A stretch of 64,000 nt of DNA from Utricularia gibba (GCA_002189035.1 NEEC01000004.1:3100001-3164000); one strand, 5' to 3'; shown: positions 11,600 to 24,560, numbered from the stretch's first letter. Notes: generated by a model not told the origin, from the sequence alone. Numbers and translations: made by a program.

Positions 11600-14050
11600 T
11601 GTGTGTTCATACCCTAGGTTCCTATCTTAGACCATATACTACTTTGTTCAGTTTAAACACTTTAGTAAAACCCTTTGTTTAATCGACTTATAGGACTTAC
11701 AACTAAAAATCGTTTACTCCCTATGGATCGATGTGAACTTGCTACTTCTACATTATTTTCTTTATGAATAAAATGTAGGTCGCATATTCATTTATAAATT
11801 TCTTTTGATGAGGAGAATCTTTTGGCCCACGACACCTTTAGAATTTTCCATTTGTCAAAAAGACACCGTTTTCAGGGAGAAAAGGTGGTTTTTAGTTGTT
11901 TATTGTAAATGCGTTTGCATTCTTTTGTAGTTGAAATTCTTCTCTTGCTTGACCAAGAAATTGAGAGAACCACAAGAGATAAAATAAAGCGTGCAAAAAA
12001 GGAGCAGCACAAGGCAACCATAAAGGTCAAGGAAGGAGCTGCTACACGCAAATTAATCATGGATGCAAATGGAGTGGAGAAAACTATGCTAGAGTATAAT
12101 TGTCGAGGAATTTGCATAATTTTTTCAGAAGAAGCCATTGCATTTGCACTCAAACCAAGAATCATTAATCTTTTTCCGAAGTTCTACGAAAATGGGAAAA
12201 AGACGCACACCAGCACTTGGATGGTTGTATGGTAGTTTGTGCCGTGGTCAAATCTAAGGAGGTGATAGAAGATAATATGTTTTTACGAGTTTTTTAGTTT
12301 ACTCTTGAAGAAAATGCAATAATTGTTCAATACACTAGAATCCAGAAGTAAAGGGAGCTGGATAGAAATGAAGGAAGAAAAGCCACGAAATTGAAAGAGC
12401 AAAGAGGCTGATGGGTTGGAAAAAGTCACGAAATTGAAAGAAGAGTTTCTTGGAGTACGAAAATCAAAGGGCAAGCATGGCATCATTGTTTGATGGATGC
12501 TCACTCCTTATTACCATTAAATGGTGCCTTCAATCTAATCTCCCACCTCTCAAGCTCCTGCCGTGCTACAACTCGAAAAAAGACCTCATGATTGTGCAAG
12601 CTTGTTGAAACCAGTAGACCACTTGCGCAAGTTTACTAACTCGCCTACATTCAAGTATTGAGTGAACCTTTTCATTTTACCCTCCTCTTATGAATTTCTC
12701 TTCTTGAGCGTATTGAGTGACACTTGTCTGGAGTAGCTACGTGCAAGGGGAGCTAGTGTATGGTATGCCATTGAATAACTTATGCATATTATTGTCTTAA
12801 CTCTATTTGCAAGTTATTATTTTGAAGAAAAATATTTTGAATAATTGCTTGAGGACAAGCAAAGATTTAAGTGTGGAGGAGTTGATCAGTGATTTTGTAT
12901 CACTTATATTTGTACTTTTTAGGATTCAATTAGATGAGTTTTGTATTCTTTTTATCTCACTTTTTTTATGTTTTTAGAAAAATTTTATATCTTTCATACC
13001 ACTTTGATCTTTTTGGAGGGAAAGTGTGTTTTGTGATTTTTCAGGACAATTTTAGTATAATTTGGAGGATTTTTGAGTTGACTTTGATGGAATCAAAGAT
13101 TTGATCTATTCGGATGAAGACTTGGTCAAAGATTTCTTAGATAAGATAAGATTCTCATCATATCTTAGAAAATTTAGTCTTATCTAGAAGATCTGTATCA
13201 AATTTTAAAAGATTTGGATGGAAGATTCAATATGAGGCTATCAAGAAAACCCAAAAAATTCTCACCATTATATAAAGATCAGAGCACGAAGATCGAAGAA
13301 GAGAGTCATTGTTAGTCATTGAAGTCAGTCTAGAGTCGGTTTTCGGGTTTAGAGTCGAGTCTAGCATGTTTTATATTATTTTCCTTTCGTTTTTCATCAA
13401 CTTTTGTTGTTTAGAGTCGAGCATGCGCGTGTAAGCGCTTACGCAAGTCCTGCACGTGTGACTGTATTACTATGTTTTTCAATATTTAATTTGAGATTTG
13501 ATTCTATTTTTCTCAACATTTTATTTACCAACGTGATCTTTAGTACCATATAACCTTAAAGGAGTGTGGAAAAATCAAAGGTTGGTCTCAAACATATAAG
13601 GAGAAGAGCTCAATCGGACATCGTTGGTAAGACACATTTTATCTAATCTATCTACCAAGTAAGAGGTGTAGGGGTTAGATTTAAGTATGAGTAAAATATG
13701 AGTTATCATAATAGGTGAAATGACTCTGGTAGTATGGTTAATTCCATAATTCGATAAAATAAGAGATGGTGCTATAACAGTCATCAAGTAGCACTATTTT
13801 AAAATAATACTTTCAAAAATTGCATAAGTAGGTCAGTTTTCAAGGTTTGTACACACGTAGGAACGAGTTTTGAGTAAGATGGATTTTCGATGCAAGGTCA
13901 CTTTTATTGTTGTTGTTAAACTCAAATATTTCTTTTTTTTTTCAATTTTTTTAAGTCTTTGTTTGAAAGAAAATTCTAATAACAATTTATTGTAAATATA
14001 ATCTTATTTTATTATTTTGACGGTTTCTGTGTCTTACAGAATTACTATCA
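11600..14050 (+). mobile_element. Internally deleted Athila-like element: LTR 3' end, decayed PBS, gag stub, 3' region, family-B LTR
   Basis: LTR-type end ...TTTGTCA at 11857. PBS-like GACACCGTTTTCAGGGA. Gag stub LLDQEIERT...ALKPRIINLFPKF at 11909-12235. 12370-12882 is homologous to 33295-33809 and ends in the TTGCTTGAGGACAAGCAA...GTGTGGAGGAG PPT motif. Left boundary is approximate. Confidence 0.75.
12883..14050 (+). repeat. Athila-like 3' LTR (family B)
   Basis: TGAT...ATCA termini directly after the PPT. TATATAAAG near 13268. Confidence 0.85.
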
Positions 14051-14949
14051 TAAATCAATATATAAAAATAAAATATAAAATATAAATAAATTACTTTATA
14101 AAAGAAAATAAGATGATTTCAGAGTTGATGCAAATAAAATGAAGCAAAATAATAAGTGTTAACTACAGTGGTGAAAATGGAGAGGGAAAGTTTGATTTTA
14201 TAATCTGATTGTGAAGATTTGGAATTTGACAATGTAATAAATGGAAAAAAATGTTCGAAAATTTGAAATTTCACACATGCATTTATTTCCATGTGTTTAT
14301 TATACTTGTTTCTTGTCTTATACCCACCTAGTAATACGTTTTTTCTAATTATTTAATTTTTATTAAATCAATTTTAATGTAAGCTACAAAAAATTAAATA
14401 AATATTTCTCTAAGATATGTGTTTTTGAAAAGTAAAATAATTATTAAAAATCATATTTATACTAATATTTCGTATAAAAGTTTCGTATATATATATATAT
14501 GTTAATATATAGAATTGGCTAAATCCAAATTTTGAATACACCAAATCCTATTCCCTAATTTGATACCTTCAAATTTAATTTAAACTAAAAAATGATTAAA
14601 CAAAAATGTTATATATTTTAAATAGGTAAAATGTATTTTAAAAGTAATTCAAATATATAAACACAAAAAATGGGAATTAAAAAAATTGTAAAAAATGCTA
14701 TTTTAATTACTAATTCAGGAGTTAGAATTTACTGAAATGTAGCCACTGGTTTATGTGTTAACAACACCTGTAACAACATTAAATTGTCCGGAAAGAATGG
14801 TTATAATCTAAATACGGCTAACAGGCTAAGCAATGTCTGTATTTAAGACATTACTAACGTACAAATAAGTACTTGGAACAATATTTTTGTCGTCATTTTT
14901 TTTTATAAAAATTTAGTATGATTTATAAATTCTCATTTTATTATCTGGC

Positions 14950-17300
14950 TTTCTTCCAGATAAGCCTTTATCTGGCATTGAGAATGTAGGTTTTCTTCGG
15001 AATTTCTAAGAAGACCTCGTCATCTTTATAAGCCTTTTTAATAATTTCAATATCAATGGTATGGCTAAATAAGGTTTGTACGCAAGGTAGTCCTCCTACT
15101 AATAACATCGGCCACTACATTATGACTTCTCTGCTTATATTTCAAAGTCTAATCATTTGAGTAAAGAATTAATTATTTTGCCAACAAGTAATACTTCCAT
15201 ATCTTTAAAGTTGAAACCACTGAAAAGAATTTAGCCCATTTTTGTTAAGATGGGCTAAGTTTTTCGATGTAAATTGTAATTGGATGTCATTTTTTTAGAT
15301 AAAATTGCTCCAACTCCACAATTGCTTGTATTTTTCAATAATTTCTCAAATTGACAGAGCAAGAATACAGATACGAGCTATTAAATTCTTGAGGATTGAG
15401 AATCTCTCTTCTACTTAAGGAATCCATTTTAATTTTCCCTTTAAATATTCTATTATGATTCTTGCAACATTTCTAAAATTATTGCAGTATGATACGAGTT
15501 CAAAAATTATTTTAGTATATTTGAATTCTTCTCATTCTAGAATGATCGAGACATTGCTTTCATCTATATGGAAATCATGAAACCCAAAAATGATAATCTT
15601 TGAATCAGAAAATGGTAATTAGGAATATTAAGATGGGGTTCATTTTCTTGTAGAACCATAAGAATTCCCCGAGATGAACAAGATGATCTTCCTTTCATTT
15701 GATGGTTCATGAGATGCACAAATGGAGAAATTTAGTGGAGTACCTAACACTACCAAATTACTTTGCAAAATGCCGGATTTTTTTAAAAAAATGTTAATGG
15801 TATATATCCTGTTTATTTGTAAAATACCTCAATTTGAATATTATAACAAATTATCATGAAATTGCATTTGATACTTTTAACATATTATTATATATTTTAT
15901 TCATTAGAATCCATCAATTAAATAACAATTAGCAATACAAATTATATATTTCATATCAAATTACAAAACACATAATTTGAATACTTATGTTTTTTTACAA
16001 ATTGATGATTTTAAACATGTATTAGAAATATATGCTAAAGAAAAAATTTAAAATTTGAGTTCTAAGTAAAGTGTTCATCAATTTTTAATATATATTTATT
16101 TTAAAATTCTAAAAATGCAAGTTTTTTTTTATTAAATCAATATACAATTTGATTCGCCAAGTTTAGAAATACAAAATTTAAAATTTTTTGTAATATATGT
16201 TTAAAATCATGAACTCATTTTGAACACAATAATTTAAATTATGTTTTTCGAAATTATATTTAATATAATTTTAAAAAACATATATTAAATATATTTAAAA
16301 TCATAAGTTATTTCTTATAAATTTTAAATGATGAATAATAAGCAACTCCTCATTTACTTCATCGTTCCTAATATATTTGAATTACTTTATTAATCCCTAA
16401 AGATAATACTCTCACTTTTCTCAAGAGTTTCTTTAAAACCAAGATGTATATCTCTCAAGTCTCTTTCATGCTTAAAGTGATTAGGAATGGATATGAAATT
16501 TTCCTTTTCACTTGTTGACCTAGTGTTTCTTCTACAGACTAGCAAATATTTTAAATTGCCCCTTTGCAAATGATACTTGCTATTCCCACCCAAATGAATA
16601 GAATTCAAATTGTACAGTCAAGGTTGTGCCAATAGAAGATAACAAACATCTATCCAAAACATCAAATAATGTTTCATTTAAGTATTTTCCTATAGATAAA
16701 GGCATTTTAGTACTCTTTTTTGAGCCCCTCCTTTAAGTGTCTTTTGATAGTAATTTTAACATTTGTAACAACCTCCTGATTGATGATATTTTTGCAACTT
16801 CTATGATCAATAACCATATTGCAAATTTGGTCCTTAATGCATCACTTTGTTTGGTTCTTCTTTATGGCTCATCATCATTCTCTGAATCATGAAAATTTCT
16901 TAATTTTCATCCTCATCAAATTCCTCAATTTGGTAAATAATTTCTTCTTCATCTCATTACTTATTGACCTAACTTTATGTTTGCCTTAATGGGCATTCAT
17001 TGGATTTATATCTCGCATAATAGCATTTTATTATCTCTGATTTTGTATCGCGAATCTCTTTTTTATTCTTTCTCATTGCCTTCTTCCCCAACATTTTCTC
17101 TTCTCTAGACCCAAATTCTTGAGATTTCTTATAACTGAATCTATTGTTGATAGTTCTCGACTTTGCCACTGTTTTCTATTAGTGTTCTTTTTCTCATTCT
17201 CTTCCCATTCAGACTTTAAGCCAAGACTGTAGGGTTTAGTAAAGTATGAATTGTTTGAATTCCAATTCTTTCTTTAATGCTTTTCTTGAGGCCGTGGTTG
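14950..17300 (-). pseudogene. Heavily decayed chromovirus (CRM-like Ty3/gypsy) gag-PR-RT-RH remnant
   Basis: Minus-strand fragments: MPLSIGKYLNETLFDVL and LYNLNSIHLGGNSKY resemble the CRM protease region. LPFSDSK...HIDESNVSI resembles the RNase H LPDF...CDAS motif. Many stops. Interrupted by an AT-rich segment at about 15790-16380. Confidence 0.5.
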
Positions 17301-17668
17301 AATTTGTCATTTAGATTCTTCCATTTTTGTTTTCTTTTTGTAGGTCGTAAAAAAGGAGCAATGGTAAGAATTTCTCAGTGATAAAAGTGAAATAACTTCA
17401 ATAATTTCTTGTTGAACTTTGTTAACCTGCCTTGATTTCATAACCCTTGGGTGGTCTTATACCCGACTTGAGGGCAAGTCGGATTTTGAAGGAGGGGACT
17501 TATGAGGATGACCAAACTCGAGGGAATAACTTACCATTAATGCATTGTAGCTTTTAAAAGGCCTGGGAGTAGAATCCATGGTTATCTTTATAGTATCGCA
17601 ATTTGTTTGCTTGCCTCACTAGTTGTAGAATAGCTTTATAATGGATGATGATTGAGAGCCAGAGGGAT

Positions 17669-17787
17669 TGGGCTTCCCCTCTCCCTTTCTTATCAAACCA
17701 GATTTGGGCTTCCATGCTTCCGTGTAGTTATATAGTCCATCCTGAAGAGATTGGGCCGGCAGGATCATCTTTATCAGGTTTTGGGCC
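17669..17787 (+). promoter_or_regulatory. Cluster of four site II (TGGGCY) motifs upstream of MED11
   Basis: TGGGCT at 17669 and 17705; TGGGCC at 17752 and 17782. These sit 140-260 bp before the ATG. Site II motifs are known TCP-bound elements of plant housekeeping promoters. Confidence 0.6.
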
Positions 17788-17926
17788 TGTCTTTAATAGG
17801 AAGGGCATACTGTCGATAACGGCATTGTTTTTCTTCTTCCTCCAACGGAAACGTGGTTGAAGGTGAAAGTGCTGTGCCGATACGGGAGCTTGCGGCGACA
17901 GAAGGCGCAGTTCCATTTCTACCCTC

Positions 17927-18493
17927 ATGGATCCGCAAACGCAAGCGACGTCGATGCAGCGACTTCAGATTGTGGAGAAGGTAAATGGAGTGATCCATTT
18001 TTGATTTCTTGAATGAACTCATGATATTGTTCAACCTCGTGAATTCAGTCGTGTAATTGAGGCCTCCGTTTTATCTCTTTTTTTTTTTTTATCGTAGAGG
18101 ATTGTGAGGATATTGGAGCTGGCTGGTGGAGTGATGGAGGAAATGGCTAACCCTAGCGGGCCTAGAAAGGAGCTCGTTAATAGCCACTGCAGTGAGTTCA
18201 TGAAACATGCCAAGGTTTTTATCTTCATCCAATTTTCCAGGGATCGTGAAATTCTTGATTAGCAGCTTTCAATTTGTTGAAATATACGCGTTCTCAGCCG
18301 TTAAGTATTTGAATAGGACATCCAAACAATGCTACGAGAGGAAGTGAAGAGTGCTAGTGAGTACCGGCCGTTCGAGAAGTGTGACTATGTTCCTAGACTA
18401 TCAAACGAGATTTGCTGCAAGAAACTGGAATACGTAATTGGACGGCTGGAGGAGATGAAGCAATCAATCGAAGAATCTGCCCACGCTCTGTGA
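17927..18493 (+). CDS. MED11: Mediator of RNA polymerase II transcription subunit 11; join(17927..17980,18098..18214,18317..18493), 115 aa
   Basis: Spliced translation: MDPQTQATSMQRLQIVEK|RIVRILELAGGVMEEMANPSGPRKELVNSHCSEFMKHAK|DIQTMLREEVKSASEYRPFEKCDYVPRLSNEICCKKLEYVIGRLEEMKQSIEESAHAL*. Both introns are GT-AG, phase 0. Matches plant MED11 motifs as recalled. Confidence 0.93.
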
Positions 18494-19584
18494 TGGTGTT
18501 TCGCTATTCAAGGTATAACTAGATGCAACTCTGTACGTTATCATGCTGGTTTTGTAGCCGAAATTTTGAAGTTCCGCACTCTCTTTTCTACCCACTTGGA
18601 CGCACGAGGTTTTGAGCTTGAAAACACCGTATGCCATGATGCTTGTAGGCCTCCCCAATTTCTTGATATTACAATTCAGGGACGATGGATACACTTTGTG
18701 GTGCTCCGAGCCCCAGCTCGGTGTACCCAGATTATTATGGGAACTCCTTTCTTTCTTCTTTTAAGGGTGATTTAGTTTAAGCAAATCCACTGAGGTAACA
18801 AATGCAGCCCAGTGCCCTGGAGCGGTGTCGAGGCCAAATAGTCATTCAACATGGAGAACACAGAGCCAGTCAGTCATTCGGTCCCATTATCAGGCAAACC
18901 CTTCCTCTTGCTGCCTCTCTGCGGAGAAGCATCCATCCATTGGATCCCCTCTGTGTACTGCATCCATCACCGCCGATGCTGCCTGGCGGCTTCAGCGTGG
19001 AGGATGAAAGAGCAGATCAGAACGACCTGAATGATGGGGGATATGTATTGTGGAGCACCTGCGTCATGGCCTCTGAATTTCAGTTACCAACTTGAAACTC
19101 TCCTCTGTTTTTTGACATGCCGATTTGAGTGTGCAGTGCGACAGATGGGATTGCAGTTGGAGGGACATGTCTTTCTCAGCAAAGTAGAGGATGCAAATTG
19201 CAAGGTACTGCATCTCAACTCCATCCTCACAAAACTCTCTCATGTTCAATGACGAGAACCACTTGGCTTCCACCCAAGTAATGTAACAGGCTAACAGCCA
19301 CGTATAAGATATTTTTTTAAAATAAAAATGCAATATCAAAATATTTTCTTAATTTGTAAATCTATTTCGAATCTTACGATAGCTATTCACCTGCCATCCT
19401 TGAAGCTTGTGATTTTTAACGGTATATTAAGGAAACCAAATTACCAATTTGGACAGAGATTCTCGTAATCTGGTGATCAAACGGCGGAATCCTCTTCTCC
19501 TCTCTTAACCGCAGCAAACAAACTCTTCCTCGGGAAAGGTTCATCTCTTCTGCCGCCAAAGATTCATCTCTTTTGCCTGGTGGA

Positions 19585-22371
19585 ATGGGTACTCGAACGG
19601 GATCCCATCAGCTCGGCAATGGGCTAATGGTTTCCGGTAGACCTGAGCAGCAGCCCAAGGATCGAAAAGCCACATTGGGATCGCGTGCAGCGCCGTACAC
19701 CGGCGGCGATGTTAAGAAATCCGGGGAACTTGCTAAAATGTATGGTATTGAGCTTTCCGGTGGAGAAAGCCAGCATCACACGCCGCCAAAACTTCCTTCA
19801 AGGCATAACAGCGGATCTGCCAGATCCGGCCCGAATTCGGGACCGCTAGGATCCAAGGGTTCGGGCTCGGCTGTCTTGAACAAGAAGTCTTCTTCCTCCT
19901 CCTTCTCCGGTCCAATGACTCCTATTCAACCAACCGGGCTCATTACCTCTGGTCCGATGGGGTTGTCGAGTTCGAAACGGAGGTCCGGGCAGCTGGTGGA
20001 TAACGCGTCTGCGCCTAGCTCGTTCAACAAGTCTGTTTATGGTTCTGCGGTTACGAGCTTACTGGATGATGCGAAGGTAGGCTTTAGGGTTTCAAGGATG
20101 GCTTTGTGGGGGTTTTTGGTAGTGGCGGTGATGGGCCTGGTGGTGGGGGCGTTTCTCATGGCGGCGGTGAAGAAACCCATGGTTTTGGTGGTTGTGGGAG
20201 TTGTTTTAGCCCTTGCACTGACGCTTCTGATATGGAATTACTCTTATAGAAAGCAAGGCGTGTTGGGTTTCTTGAAGAAGTGTGCTAACGCCGAGCTGAG
20301 GGGTGCAGTTGATGGCCAGTTTGTGAAAGTCACCGGGGTAATCTGAATGCCTTTAAAGCATTTCCTTGCAAGGTTTAGCGTGTGAGATTAGACTGTTTAA
20401 GGAAGACTTTTGCTAGTTTGACTAAAAATGCTATGGAACGTTCGCATTATCTTCTCCAGTGGCTGAAAAGTTTTCTAAGGTTTCCCTTTATTCGTTTTAT
20501 TGGGACCACCTTGATTACCAGTGTTGGTCATATATCTAGTTATATTTTCCTGAGAATGAATTTTCAGAATCTTACAGATTCAGCCGGCAAGAACTTTGAT
20601 TTGTTTCTTCAATGACATCAGATAATATATATTATCCTTATGAAACTATTCTGGTATAATTCACGACGATAGAGTGCTGTGGGATCATTTCATGATGGGC
20701 TTTTTGATTATGGATTTCAAGTACTTTTGGATTTAGGCTTTCTTTGGTTGATGATAAGGATAAATTTTCTTTACAGCTATTAGTCCTCTAGCTCATTTCA
20801 GTAAATCTGTCGTTTTGACATCTCTAGGATGGATATGTTTGGTGACTTATGATACCAATCCGGAATGTTTTTTATTGAATTTAGACTGTAATTGGTTTCT
20901 TTTAGTGTGCCATCAATAGTGCAACTTGCTTGCTGTGACTGGTCATAGCCACTTGAACAATTGGGTTCTTTGTTCCTGTGAAATGATAGTATAAGGCTTG
21001 AACGTTATTAAGGTGTTTCAAACGGGTAGAAGTCTTACTTGAATGTTAAACTTTCATTTCACCGTGAGTATTAGAGATTTGTAAAAGAATGACATTCAGC
21101 ATATTTTCTTGGCTCCTAATCCGGTTGTTTGATTGTAGTACTCTGTTGAGCTATAAGATGTCACCAAATGCTCCTGTATCTTTTTAGTATTATTCTCATA
21201 AGAATATTGTTTGCTTGAGTTACTATTTTATAGCTGAATGATAACTGTTAATAATATTGTTTGGTGTTATTCTCATAAGGCTTCCACATCTGACAACTTT
21301 TAATAATATTGCTTTGCTTTGTTTAGGTTGTCACGTGTGGGAGCATACCTCTTGAAACTTCCTATCAGGGGACACCAAGGTGTGTCTATTCTTCCACAGA
21401 ACTCTACGAGTATGGGAGTTTTGGAAGAAGATCAGAAAACAATAAACGCCATTTTTTCTCTTGGGAGTGCCTACATTCAGAGGTGTTTATTTACATTTCT
21501 CTTGGGAGTGCCTACATTCAGAGTTTTACTTCAAATATTTTTAGTGGAGTTTTCATGCAATCTCCAAATAGATTTTCTGTTGATCTCGTCTTAAGGAAAT
21601 ATTAATTATATGCCAGCTTTTTAATATTCTGTATGATTGCCAAGTTTTCCCTGAATCTTGAACCCTTAACGATAAGTGAAACTTGAGAAATACCAATGAT
21701 CTGGAGTTTTGTGGTGGGTGATATTTTTCTGATGAACCTCCAAATTGTTGGTGAAAGGGTATGTGTTTGCACATGTTGATCTTTCAAAATCAGCCGGCCT
21801 TTGTTTCCTATCTAGAATGGTTCCTTAAATTTTTGCATACCGAGTTTTTACTGTATTCAAATATCTCAACAGAGGTATGTTGCGGATTTCTATATATCAG
21901 ACCTCCAGTCTGGTTTAAGAGCCCTCGTTAAAGCAGGCTATGGTGCAAAGGTTGCAGCTTTTGTTAAACCATCTTTAGTTGTTGATGTTACCAAGGATAA
22001 GAAAGAAGTATCCGCAAACTTCCTAGAGTGGCTCTCTGAACGAGGGGTATCAAGTGATGACTGCATCATTCGGCTCAAAGAAGGGCAAGTTACTGTTACC
22101 TGAACCAAATGCCAAAATGAATTTCAGCTTACTTTCATCATTATTAACATCTTCATTTCTGCATGGCTTGGTTTTCAGCTGCATCAAAGAAGGAAGCACA
22201 GTAAGTGTCATGGGAGTGATTCGACGACAAGATAACGTGCTGATGATCATCTCTCCATCAGATGCTGTGTCAACCGGCTGCCAATGGCCATTTTGCCTCA
22301 TCCCATCATACATTGAAGGCCTCATCCTGCTGTCCGACGACACTGAAGACGGGGAAGCTATTCCCGTATAA
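19585..22371 (+). CDS. SHOU4-like membrane protein (At1g16860/At1g78880/At4g22290 family); join(19585..20337,21327..21482,21873..22084,22179..22371), 437 aa
   Basis: N-terminus SHQLGNGLMVSGRPEQ...PYTGGDVKKSGEL, then two TM segments, then GQFVKVTG|VVTCGSIPLETS...|RYVADFYISDLQSGLRALVK...RLKEG|CIKEGSTVSVMGV...LIPSYIEGLIL. The frame is continuous only if intron 3 is GC-AG. Confidence 0.92.
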
Positions 22372-22874
22372 ATGATTTATCACTGCAAAGAAGATGATCG
22401 AGGTAAGCAATCACTTTCTCTTTTGCAAGAAGATACAGAAAGGAGAGATAGATAGATGCATTGGTAAAAACCCCAATGTTGCCTGAAGAGGGAACCGAAC
22501 TGCCACTGTCCACCCAGTCCAGCTCTGGATCAAAGCAAAACATGCAACCCTGAGCGATCTGCATTGCATCTGTGTGATGTAACTGTAATGCAAGGTTATT
22601 GGACTGTTCATGCTTCTTGTATAGAGAGTGCTGTGTCCTCTGCTTGTGCTCCGTGTATCTATCTATCCGTCTATCCGTCTATGTTCGATTATTTTTTGAT
22701 GCAACTGAGATGCCAACCTGGTCGTCTACCCTTGAAAATAAGGTTGCCCAGATGAAATTATCTGGATTTGTATTTTCTTAATTAACTTATTATTCATTGA
22801 TATGATTTGATATAACAATAAATTTGTATGATCGAAAAAAGCCATCAATTTGATGTTGCAAAACAATAAATTAG

Positions 22875-24064
22875 TGATGGTAATTCTATAAGTATACAGA
22901 AATCATTGAAGTAATAAAATAAGATCGTATTTATATAGAATTGTTATTGAAATATTTTTTTGAAAACAAAGACTAAAAAAGATTGAGAGTAAAAGAAAGA
23001 TTTAGTTTTTTAAAACAATAATAAAAATGATCTTGGATCTAAGATACAACTTACTTGAAACTCACCCTTGCATGTATGCAAACCTTGAAGACTGACCTGC
23101 TTGCATAAGCTTTGGGAGTGTTATGCTAAAGTAGTGCTAACCGGTGACCGTTATAGCACTGTCCCTTGTTTTGTGGGATTATGTAATCAATCACGCCACC
23201 AGAGCCATTTCACCTCTTGTGATAACCCATGTTTTCTCCACACTCAAATCTAACCCCTACACCTCACATCTCGCAAATAGATTTGACAGAATGTGTCTTA
23301 CCAACGATATCCGATTGTGCCCTTCTCCTTAGGTGCTTGAGGCCAACCTTTGATTCTCTCACACTCCCTTAGGGTTATATGGTACTAAAGATCACGTTGG
23401 TAAAGAAAACGTTGCGAAAAACAGAATCAAACCTGAAATTAAATGTTGAAAAACATAGTAAGATAGTCACGCGTGCAGGACTTGCGCAAGCAAGGCTTCA
23501 CAGTAGATCCTTAGCCGCAAGCGCTCACACGTGCATGTTTGACTCTAAACAACAAAAGTTGATGAAAAACGAAAGGAAAGGAATCCAAAACATGATAGAC
23601 TCGACTCTAAACCCTAAATTGACTTTTTGATCGTATCCTCTTTCGACTCCCACAGGTCTTCACGTTTGGATCTTTATATAATAGTGGAGATTTGTTGGGC
23701 TTTCTTGATTGACTCGCATCAAATCTTCTATCCGAATCTTCTAAGATTTGATACAAATCTTCTAGGATGAGATCCAATTTCTCCAAGATAAGATGCGAAT
23801 CTTATCTTATTCGAGAATCTTTGACCGAGTCTTCATCTCCGGATAGACCAAATCTTAGTCTCCATCAAAGCAGCTCGAAAATTCTCCAAATTATTCCAAA
23901 TTCGTCCTAAAAAATCACGAAATACACTTTTTCTCCAAAAAGATAAAAGTGGTATGAAAGATATAAAATTCTTCTAAAAACATAAGGAAAATAGGATAAA
24001 AAAAATGCAAAACCTATCTAAGTTATAAAAAGCACAAATGTAAGTGACACAAAATCACTTATCA
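22875..24064 (-). mobile_element. Athila-like solo LTR (family B)
   Basis: TGAT...ATCA termini, 1190 bp. Exact TSD ATTAG at 22870-22874 and 24065-24069. Reverse-complement homolog of 33810-34984. Confidence 0.92.
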
Positions 24065-24415
24065 ATTAGTATTCTCAACTTCTGTGATGCAGTTTATGTT
24101 ATTTACACTTAATTTTATTATAAGATTTGGATCAAATGATTTCAAATCATAGTGATATTGGAAAAGATTACCAGCTAACCTCAAATCGGAAAAACACTTG
24201 TCGGCTGGTCTAGGGCTATGATTCCCAACTGATGCGTTTCAATCGAAATTTTAGAGTTTCAATTTTGAATCATGGTTTGATCAAAAAGCCAATTTTAAAG
24301 GTGTCCAACCCAATGGATGGATTTCAATGAAAACCATAAATAAAGTTTAGGGTTTCAATTCAAATTTAATTAGTTAAACTATGCACCAAAAGTCATTTAA
24401 AAATATAGATGAACA

Positions 24416-24560
24416 TAGGGTTGTGCATTCAGCTTTAATTGAAATGAACCGTAATCGAAAATCTTATATTTTCAAGAACCTAACCGAAACCGATATTTCT
24501 TGAACCGAATCAATGAAAATTTTGGTTCACTTCGCGAAAAACCGAATTATCTATTGTTTT
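24416..24560 (+). mobile_element. hAT-like terminal fragment
   Basis: Starts TAGGGTTGTGCATTC and is followed by several AACCG(A) subterminal motifs. No partner TIR or 8-bp TSD found. Confidence 0.4.

Noticed and set aside
19573-19584. ORF-track start of the SHOU4-like gene
   Set aside because: It is a TTG codon. The family N-terminus begins at the ATG at 19585.
20382-21787. Small ORFs inside the SHOU4-like gene
   Set aside because: They are intronic or off-frame overlaps of exon 2, AT-rich, with no motifs.
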